Origin: an uncultured Alphaproteobacteria bacterium
Lineage (GTDB): Bacteria; Pseudomonadota; Alphaproteobacteria; Rickettsiales; UBA1997
Length of the DNA: 32,830 nt
Assembly: GCA_903898475.1 (NCBI GenBank)
Contig: CAIUFU010000054.1
Location: 1 to 32,830, forward strand
Direction: 5' to 3'
The position numbers were made by a program, and so were the translations under genes. The notes beneath the pieces were generated by a model, which saw only the letters and a program-made list of their open reading frames with translations, searched no databases and was not told the origin of the DNA. Below, piece after piece: positions 25,085 through 32,830 of the stretch; position 1 is the first letter of the stretch; every line of letters starts with the position of its first letter.

Positions 25085-26674
25085 ATGAGCAACATCGAAA
25101 TCAAAAAATCCAGACTCGCCTTTATCTATTTCTGCATTTTAACAGCGTTTTGCGTTATTATTTTGCGGATGATTTTCATCGTTGCTTTTGGTGACAAAGT
25201 AAAAATCAGTGGCATTTACGATCCTCGTTTGGCGGGGCGTCGCGCTAATATTTACGATCGAAATGATGTTTTAGTTGCGACCGATTTGAAGACCAAATCG
25301 CTTTATGTCAGCAGTGTTTTAGTGAAAAATCCTCAAGCGATTTCTAAAGGCTTGGCGGCGATTTTTCCCGACCTTTCTTACGCTGAAATTCTCAAAAAAA
25401 TCTCTGAGGGAAAAAATAGTAAACAATGGATTCTAATCAGGCGCAACCTGACTCCAACCCAAGTTGAAAATGTGCAAAATATGCAAATGGCGGGGCTGCT
25501 TTTTGAAGATGATCGCATTCGGGTTTACCCACAAAAATCAATCGCCAGTCACTTTGTTGGTTACGTTGATTTAGACCGCAAAGGCTTGGCGGGCATGGAG
25601 ATGCAGTATGATCGCAAATTGATGCGGGGAGATGATTTGCATTTGGCGCTTGATGTGCGTGTGCAAGATATTTTGCATGATGAGTTGGTTAATGGCATTG
25701 AAGAATTTCGCGCTAAAGCAGCGGCTGGCGTGGTGATGGATGTAAATACCGGTGAGATTCTGGCGCTTTCATCGCTGCCAGAATTTGATCCGAATTTGCA
25801 ACATGAAGCAGATCCAGATGAGCGTTTCAACCGCGTCACTAACGGCGTTTATGAACTTGGTTCGGTGTTTAAAGTATTTACCAACACCACAGCTTTTGAA
25901 AAAGATTTGGTCAAAATGAATGACTCTTTCAACGTGCGCGACCCGATAAAATATGGGCGCTTCTCGATTAAAGATGACCATCCTTTTAAAGATGACATGA
26001 CGGTTGCGGAAATTTTTGATCACTCTTCCAACATCGGAACTGTCAAAATCGCTGCCAAAATTGGCATTGAAAATCAGAAAGAATCTTTGGCGAAATTGGG
26101 TTTGTTGAAAAAAATCGACACTGAATTTCCTGGCCTCGGCAAGCCAATTTATCCGCGCACTTGGAGCGAAATTAGTCTTTACACAATCGCTTACGGACAT
26201 GGCATTGCAATCACGCCGCTGCATTTAGCTACCGCAGTTTCGGCGATTGTAAATGGTGGAACTTTGCACAATCCGTCTTTCTTAAAATTAGATGAGCAGC
26301 CAAGCGGCAAAAGAGTAATCAAGGAATCAACGTCAGACACCATGCGTCAAATGTTGCGTAGTGTGGCAATTGATGGAACTGGTAAAAAAGCTAACATCGA
26401 AGGTTACGAAGTCGGTGGAAAAACTGGTACGGCAAACCGCGCTGAATCTGGCGGCTACAACGAAAGCCAAACCATGGCGTCTTTTGTTGCGGTGTTTCCG
26501 ATGTCGAGTCCGAAATATTTGGTTTACGTGATTTTTGATCGCCCGAATTACAGCTTTAATACTGGTGGGATGGTCGCGGCTCCTGTTGCCGGGAGGGTAG
26601 TGAAAAATATCGCACCACTTTTAGGAGTGCGCCCGCAGATCAATGCGGCACCTGTGGCAGAGAAAAAATTATAA
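25085..26674 (+). CDS. ftsI: class B penicillin-binding protein, FtsI/PBP3-like
   Basis: N-terminal TM anchor, SxxK (GSVFK), SxN (SSN), KTG (KTGTA). 529 aa. Confidence 0.8.
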   Translation: MSNIEIKKSRLAFIYFCILTAFCVIILRMIFIVAFGDKVKISGIYDPRLAGRRANIYDRNDVLVATDLKTKSLYVSSVLVKNPQAISKGLAAIFPDLSYAEILKKISEGKNSKQWILIRRNLTPTQVENVQNMQMAGLLFEDDRIRVYPQKSIASHFVGYVDLDRKGLAGMEMQYDRKLMRGDDLHLALDVRVQDILHDELVNGIEEFRAKAAAGVVMDVNTGEILALSSLPEFDPNLQHEADPDERFNRVTNGVYELGSVFKVFTNTTAFEKDLVKMNDSFNVRDPIKYGRFSIKDDHPFKDDMTVAEIFDHSSNIGTVKIAAKIGIENQKESLAKLGLLKKIDTEFPGLGKPIYPRTWSEISLYTIAYGHGIAITPLHLATAVSAIVNGGTLHNPSFLKLDEQPSGKRVIKESTSDTMRQMLRSVAIDGTGKKANIEGYEVGGKTGTANRAESGGYNESQTMASFVAVFPMSSPKYLVYVIFDRPNYSFNTGGMVAAPVAGRVVKNIAPLLGVRPQINAAPVAEKKL

Positions 26675-26676
26675 AT

Positions 26677-27120
26677 TTATTTCACCGCGCGCGCTAAAAT
26701 GATGCCGCAAGAAATTGCCACATTGAGTGAGCGCATTTGATTTTTCATTGGAATAAAAACTCTTTCATGCGCTGATGCGGCTACGTCATCTGGCACTCCG
26801 GCGCTTTCACGGCCGAACATCAAAACATCATTTTCAACAAAATTAAATTTGCGGTAATCGACGCTGGCTTTGGTTGAAGCTAAAATTAAGCGCTGATTTT
26901 TTGCTAAAATTTCTGAGGCAAAAAAATCTTCGAAAGAAGCGTGACGAAAAATTTTGGCGTGGTGAATGTAATCTAGCGCTGATTTTTTTACGCGTTGCAT
27001 ATCAAGCGGAAAACCGCAGGGCTCAATGATGTGCAGCTCAGAATCAAAACAAACACAAGTGCGAATTATGGTGCCGACATTGCCGGCAATATCAGGTTGG
27101 TAAAGTGCAATTTTTGTCAT
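26677..27120 (-). CDS. trmL: tRNA (cytidine/uridine-2'-O-)-methyltransferase TrmL (SPOUT family)
   Basis: IALYQPDIAGNVGTIIRTCVCFDSELHIIEPCGF matches the TrmL N-terminal block. C-terminal SLNVAISCGI knot region. 147 aa. Confidence 0.85.
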   Translation of the reverse strand: MTKIALYQPDIAGNVGTIIRTCVCFDSELHIIEPCGFPLDMQRVKKSALDYIHHAKIFRHASFEDFFASEILAKNQRLILASTKASVDYRKFNFVENDVLMFGRESAGVPDDVAASAHERVFIPMKNQMRSLNVAISCGIILARAVK

Positions 27121-27238
27121 GCTTTTGGTACAAAATTTTTCTTTTTAAAAAACAGTTTCAAAATTCTTTATTTCTAAAATCCTGTTTTTATAAACTTTTT
27201 TTCACAAATTTTTTTCACCTTCCATTCCTAGAAAATCA

Positions 27239-27574
27239 ATGTCTCAAACTGTTAAAATCATTTTTATTTGCAAAGGAGAAAAGAAGGAATTTCAAGTTCC
27301 TCTTGGTACCACAGTTCTTGAAGCTGCTCATAATAACGATATCAATTTGGAAGGCGCCTGCGAAGGATCGCTAGCTTGTTCAACTTGTCACGTAGTAGTT
27401 GATAAAAGCTTTTACGACATGCTGGAAGCGCCAAATGAAGATGAAGAAGACATGCTTGATTTAGCCTTTGGACTAACTCCAACTTCCAGACTTGGTTGCC
27501 AGATTGTGATGACCAAAGAATTGGATGGGTTAACTCTAGTGGTTCCTGACGAAACTCGTAACGTATCAATTTAA
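27239..27574 (+). CDS. 2Fe-2S ferredoxin, adrenodoxin type
   Basis: CEGSLACSTCHV plus a downstream SRLGCQI cluster-ligand pattern. 111 aa. Confidence 0.88.
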   Translation: MSQTVKIIFICKGEKKEFQVPLGTTVLEAAHNNDINLEGACEGSLACSTCHVVVDKSFYDMLEAPNEDEEDMLDLAFGLTPTSRLGCQIVMTKELDGLTLVVPDETRNVSI

Positions 27575-27598
27575 CACTTAACAAAAATCAAACTTCTT

Positions 27599-28999
27599 AT
27601 GAGCAAAAACGCATTAGTGAAATTTGTGATTCTTTTAGTTGTAGTAACTCTGGTCTACAGCGTGTTCTGGTTCTTCAAAACCGGTCAATTACACAAGCAA
27701 GTTGAGAACTTCATCAATCAAAATAGCAACTACGTCTCAGTTGGTGAAGTTGCTGTTTCAGGCTTTCCGCTAACTCAAACAGTTACGATCAAAGATTTGA
27801 AATTCACTCTTCCAGGAGCATTGCTAAGCAAGCGTCAAACTCTGGTTAAACATCTTGAAGCTAAAGCCGGAATTTTTTCTTCTGATTTCGCCGTTACTTT
27901 GCCAGAGGGTGTTTTGGTTCAAGATTCTGACAATGTTGCATCAGCTGTTGAATTCAGCAAAGAACCTGAGATCAGCATTTCAGTTGCTGATGGCAGAATT
28001 GCTAAATTTAGTTACCTAGATTTCGGTTACAGAATTTCTGACCTTGAAAAAAATACTATCTATGCCGCAAGCAGCTCAACTATCACTCTTGAGTCTGTGA
28101 TTGGTTCTGAAGATAAAGTCACAACTAAAATCAGTGCCAACATCAAAGATATCGAAGGTTTCGATGTTGTTGATATTTACAGAAATGTTTTCGAGAAAAA
28201 AATTACCGAAGGTTTAAAAACCGGAGAAATCGTTTTGGGTAGCGCTACTGTTGCTACTGATCCAGCAGCAGCTCCAGTAGTTGCTGCAGATGGTTCGGTT
28301 GTTGCTCCTGCTGCTGATGCATCTGCCGTTCCGGCTGCTCCAGTTGCCGCTGCTGATGCAGCAGCTGTTGTTGCTGCTGAGGCTCCTTTGGCTCCAATTG
28401 ATCCTATAGCTCCGGCTAAAGCGGATGATAAACTTGCTGCAACTGCTACCGACACTAACTTAGTGAAAAGCAACTTTATGGCAGAAATCGAATATTCTTT
28501 GATGCCAAATAAAGATGATCAAAAAGCGCAAATTCCAACTGATCCAACTCAAATCCAAGAAGTTCCAGCGCAACATAACAAAGTGATTAAAGTTACGAGC
28601 CTAGAATTTTCTAACCCACTTTACAAAGTTAGCATTAATGGCGAAATGAACGCTCTTGCTGACGACAATATGCCTTCTGGTTCATTGGCAATCAAAGTGG
28701 AAAAAATTGATAATTTGATCAATCACTTGGTGTTGCACTTGGGTCAAATGACTGAGAAAAAACCGGTGACCACCGAAGTTCAATCAGTTGATTTGGCTGG
28801 AAACGGCACTTTAACTGAAGATGCTTACCAAAATTTCTTGAAGAAATTTTCAGCAAGCTTGGGTTTGGTTGCTAAAGAAGTGGCAGCTAAAAATGCAGTT
28901 AGCAAAGATGATGTTGCTCAGTTTGACATCAGAAGAGAGAAAAATTTGGAATTCTTGGTTAACGAAACCTCGATTCGTGAAATTCTTGGAAAATTCTAA
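27599..28999 (+). CDS. membrane-anchored hypothetical protein (possibly DUF2125-like) with an Ala/Pro/Val-rich insert
   Basis: 466 aa. One N-terminal TM helix followed by a VSGFPL block, as I recall for DUF2125. Low-complexity stretch at about 28255-28440. Confidence 0.5.
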   Translation: MSKNALVKFVILLVVVTLVYSVFWFFKTGQLHKQVENFINQNSNYVSVGEVAVSGFPLTQTVTIKDLKFTLPGALLSKRQTLVKHLEAKAGIFSSDFAVTLPEGVLVQDSDNVASAVEFSKEPEISISVADGRIAKFSYLDFGYRISDLEKNTIYAASSSTITLESVIGSEDKVTTKISANIKDIEGFDVVDIYRNVFEKKITEGLKTGEIVLGSATVATDPAAAPVVAADGSVVAPAADASAVPAAPVAAADAAAVVAAEAPLAPIDPIAPAKADDKLAATATDTNLVKSNFMAEIEYSLMPNKDDQKAQIPTDPTQIQEVPAQHNKVIKVTSLEFSNPLYKVSINGEMNALADDNMPSGSLAIKVEKIDNLINHLVLHLGQMTEKKPVTTEVQSVDLAGNGTLTEDAYQNFLKKFSASLGLVAKEVAAKNAVSKDDVAQFDIRREKNLEFLVNETSIREILGKF

Positions 29000-29002
29000 T
29001 AA

Positions 29003-29848
29003 ATGAAAATCTCCAGCGCTCTAGCGCAAGCAAGGCTGGAGTTAGATTCAAAGGGCGTGAGTAGCAGTAAATTAGATTCACTAATTTTACTCTCTCACGC
29101 CCTTTTAGTTTCTAAGGAGCAGGTGATTTTTAATCCTGATCGCGAAATAGATGCGAGCCAGCAAAAAGTTTTTTTCGATTTAATCGCCCGCCGTGCGGCT
29201 CGTGAGCCAGTTTCTCACCTAATCAATAAAAGAGAATTTTTTGGTGAAGATTTTTTTGTTAGTAAAGATGTGCTCGATCCTCGCCCCGATTCAGAAAGTT
29301 TGATCGAATTAGTTTTTAAAACTTTCTTAGATAAAAATCAGAAACTAAAAATTTTGGAAGTTGGAGTTGGTTCGGGATGTCTAATTATTACTCTGCTTAA
29401 AGCTTACAAATCAGCGGATGCAATTGGTGTCGATATTAGCGAAAAAGCTCTAAAAATTTGTCAGAAAAATGCCGGAACTCATCAAGTAGAAAATCGTTTA
29501 AACCTACGAAAATCCGATCTTTTTTCCGCACTAAATCAAAATGAAAAATTAGATTTAATCATCTCCAACCCGCCTTACATTCCCTCGCAAGACATTGAAA
29601 ACCTAGAGCCAGAAGTAAAAATTCACGAGCCAAGAAATGCTCTTGATGGCGGATTAGATGGTTTGGATTTTTACAAAAAAATCGCCATTGATGCGAAAAA
29701 TTTTCTCAATGAAAATGGTAAAATAATTTTAGAAATTGGTTTTGGGCAAGAGCAAGAGATCATCGAGATTTTTGAAAAAGCAGGTTGGGCGTTTAATAGC
29801 TGGAACCTTGATTTGTCAGGCGTAGTCCGCTCTTTGTGTTTTAAATAA
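29003..29848 (+). CDS. prmC: release factor glutamine N5-methyltransferase PrmC/HemK
   Basis: The SAM motif LEVGVGSG and the catalytic IISNPPYIP (NPPY). 281 aa. Confidence 0.9.
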   Translation: MKISSALAQARLELDSKGVSSSKLDSLILLSHALLVSKEQVIFNPDREIDASQQKVFFDLIARRAAREPVSHLINKREFFGEDFFVSKDVLDPRPDSESLIELVFKTFLDKNQKLKILEVGVGSGCLIITLLKAYKSADAIGVDISEKALKICQKNAGTHQVENRLNLRKSDLFSALNQNEKLDLIISNPPYIPSQDIENLEPEVKIHEPRNALDGGLDGLDFYKKIAIDAKNFLNENGKIILEIGFGQEQEIIEIFEKAGWAFNSWNLDLSGVVRSLCFK

Positions 29849-29886
29849 ATTTTTTTAGCTTAAGCAAGATCAAGCCCGATTTCTGC

Positions 29887-29922
29887 TTGCACTTTGTTTT
29901 TCGATTTTTAGATTGCGCGCCC
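29887..29922 (+). promoter_or_regulatory. putative sigma-70-type promoter of atpD (TTGCAC, 16-nt spacer, TAGATT) with GC-rich discriminator
   Basis: ttgcac at 29887-29892, tagatt at 29909-29914, then gcgcgccc. The 14-mer tagattgcgcgccc is shared with 6897-6910. Confidence 0.4.
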
Positions 29923-29957
29923 TTCTTACAAAGCTCTCTCCCCCATAAATTTTTTAA

Positions 29958-31385
<1,428 letters not shown>

Positions 31386-31389
31386 TTTC

Positions 31390-31638
31390 ATGGCCAATTT
31401 AAATCTCGAAATCATCTCACCAAAAGGCATCCTTTTCAAAGGCACTTGCCACATGACGACTATTCCATCTGTTGAAGGTGAAATTGGCGTCATGGCTGGT
31501 CACGAAGCTGTGATCGTCAGCTTAAAAGCTGGGCAGATCGTGGTTTATGACGACAAGCAAAACGTGGTTAAAAGTCTTGATGTTGAAAGCGGATTTGCTG
31601 AGCAATCTGCTGAGAAATTGTTGGTGCTGGCTGAGTAG
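31390..31638 (+). CDS. atpC: F1 ATP synthase subunit epsilon, short form (beta-sandwich domain only)
   Basis: Starts 4 nt after atpD. LEIISPKGILFKG...IPSVEGEIGVMAGHEA...GFAE..AEKLLVLAE matches the epsilon N-terminal domain. The stop is followed directly by a strong terminator. Confidence 0.85.
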   Translation: MANLNLEIISPKGILFKGTCHMTTIPSVEGEIGVMAGHEAVIVSLKAGQIVVYDDKQNVVKSLDVESGFAEQSAEKLLVLAE

Positions 31639-31657
31639 GTCATCATTATTTTTCTAC

Positions 31658-31700
31658 AAAAAAGCCCGTCACTTGTGAAAAAGTGACGGGCTTTTTTTTT
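31658..31700. terminator. strong intrinsic terminator after atpC
   Basis: A6, stem gcccgtcactt (31664-31674) / aagtgacgggc (31681-31691), then T9. Confidence 0.85.
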
Positions 31701-31828
31701 GATAAAGTCGGGCATAATTAAAAGAATCTTACAAAAAGAGTCCTGTCATCAGTTTAGCTAGTTATTTGGAAACCCTAAACTCAATGAGATCCTCGAATGC
31801 TAACGCACGAGAGTTTTTTTGCAGTTTT

Positions 31829-32725
31829 CTACTTCTCTCTCGCAATCACAAAATCCACTAATTCCAATAACAGTGCCGCTTTGCCGCCGAAGATTTTTAG
31901 ATGTCCTGCGGCTTGATCGCGCAGTAATTCTAATTGTTTCAAAGCAGCTTCAATGCCAATCACATCAACAATGCTGGCATTTTCTTTGGTTTTTTTATGA
32001 ACGGTTTCATCGACTCCAACCTTGCCGACGCTGATTCCAACGTGATCTAGAATGTCGTCTTTAATTTGAAACGCTAAGCCCAAATCATGAGCAAAATAGC
32101 GCAAAGCGTGGCGCTCGTTGATTCCAGCATGACCAAGAATGGCGCCGATTTCGGCTGCGGCCATAAAAAGTTCGCCGGTTTTTAAGCGATGTAATTTAGC
32201 CAATTCTTCTTTTGTAATTTTTTGCTCAGCTTTTTCTAAGTCGATCATTTGGCCGCCGGCCATGCCTTTAAATCCTGCAGATTGCGCAACTGTTTTGATT
32301 AATTCACAGCGCGTTACGGCGTCTTTTGCGGTCTCTGGATCAGCTAAAATTTCAAAAGCATAAGTCAGTAGCGCATCGCCCGCCAAAATCGCTGTAGCCT
32401 CGGTAAATTGCTTGTGACAAGTCGGAATGCCGCGACGCAAATTGTCATCATCCATCGCGGGCAAATCATCGTGAATCAGCGAATAAACATGGATGAATTC
32501 CATCGCGGTTGCGGCGTTTAAAGACTCAAGAGGAGACACGGCAAAAATTTGGGCTGAGGCCATCACCAAAAAAGGGCGGATTCTTTTGCCGTCAGAAAGT
32601 GCGCTGTAGCGCATCGCTTCTACCAATTTTGAATCGTGAAACTCATGAGGTAATAAATCGCTCATGCGTTTTTGAACGAGGATTGAGCAGGCAAAAAGTG
32701 CTTCTTTTAGGGATTTGCTGAGCAT
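31829..32725 (-). CDS. ispA: farnesyl diphosphate synthase (short-chain polyprenyl synthase)
   Basis: First Asp-rich motif LIHDDLPAMDDDNLRRG and second motif FQIKDDILD. 298 aa. Confidence 0.9.
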   Translation of the reverse strand: MLSKSLKEALFACSILVQKRMSDLLPHEFHDSKLVEAMRYSALSDGKRIRPFLVMASAQIFAVSPLESLNAATAMEFIHVYSLIHDDLPAMDDDNLRRGIPTCHKQFTEATAILAGDALLTYAFEILADPETAKDAVTRCELIKTVAQSAGFKGMAGGQMIDLEKAEQKITKEELAKLHRLKTGELFMAAAEIGAILGHAGINERHALRYFAHDLGLAFQIKDDILDHVGISVGKVGVDETVHKKTKENASIVDVIGIEAALKQLELLRDQAAGHLKIFGGKAALLLELVDFVIAREK

Positions 32726-32759
32726 TGATGAGAAAAAATTAAGTTAAAATTTCTCCCAA

Positions 32760-32830
32760 GTCATGCTGAGCTTGTCGAAGCATGATTCAAGGCACGGGCC
32801 AGAATCATGCTTCGACAAGCTCAGCATGAC
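32760..32830. repeat. GC-rich palindromic element C: 29-bp perfect inverted arms with a 13-nt loop, touching the window end
   Basis: gtcatgctgagcttgtcgaagcatgattc (32760-32788) is the exact reverse complement of 32802-32830. It may extend past the window. Confidence 0.9.

Noticed and set aside
27105-27374. The low-complexity ORF 27105-27374 (+) spanning the trmL/ferredoxin spacer, and ORF 29841-30101 (-) spanning the atpD promoter region.
   Set aside because: Both run through AT-rich intergenic DNA into the starts of well-supported genes. They encode Phe/Lys/Leu-rich junk and have no ribosome-binding context.

Overview
AT-rich chromosomal segment that looks alphaproteobacterial. The evidence is a DUF1013/TrcR-like gene, an LDH-type mdh, an adrenodoxin-type 2Fe-2S ferredoxin, and the ppiD-trpE and atpD-atpC arrangements. 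The lineage is probably host-associated and Rickettsiales/Holosporales-like, but that is inference only. I call 28 protein genes, 24 of them on the + strand. Most are housekeeping: mreD, mrdA, an ABC-F ATPase, birA, lysC, ppiD-like, trpE, bcp, rplY, tmk, mdh, ftsI, trmL, prmC, atpD, atpC and ispA. I recognise no rRNA, tRNA, CRISPR array, transposase or integrase.

The stand-out content is three dispersed paralogs: 3493-6831, 8471-10510 and 12782-15250 (1112, 679 and 822 aa). Each starts with a textbook prepilin-type (class III) signal and hydrophobic alpha1-N helix, F-S-L-[LVI]-E-V with Glu at +5. A conserved LamG/concanavalin-like jellyroll follows directly. Next comes a variable array of 53-65-aa Cys-spaced repeats, some carrying an EGF-like C-x-C-x2-G-Y-x6-C signature. 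Each cassette ends in a long glycine-rich domain whose last residues are G-S-G-I-V-I-[VI]-R-Y. No pilus or type II secretion machinery lies in the window. Paralog 2 heads a tightly overlapping five-gene string: GNAT, a small secreted Cys protein, a small outer-membrane beta-barrel and birA.

Other oddities:
- Three GC-rich long perfect or near-perfect palindromic elements in intergenic DNA, one of them nested.
- In-frame tandem repeats with a mosaic identity pattern that suggests gene conversion.
- A 14-nt motif shared by the regions upstream of the ABC-F gene and atpD.
- An SDR gene and tmk placed head-to-head with start codons 2 bp apart.
- An atpD-atpC pair detached from atpHAG, with an 82-aa epsilon subunit that lacks the C-terminal helical domain.
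- Both class B PBP genes detached from their usual SEDS partners and clusters.

All family assignments are motif recognition by eye. No searches were run.
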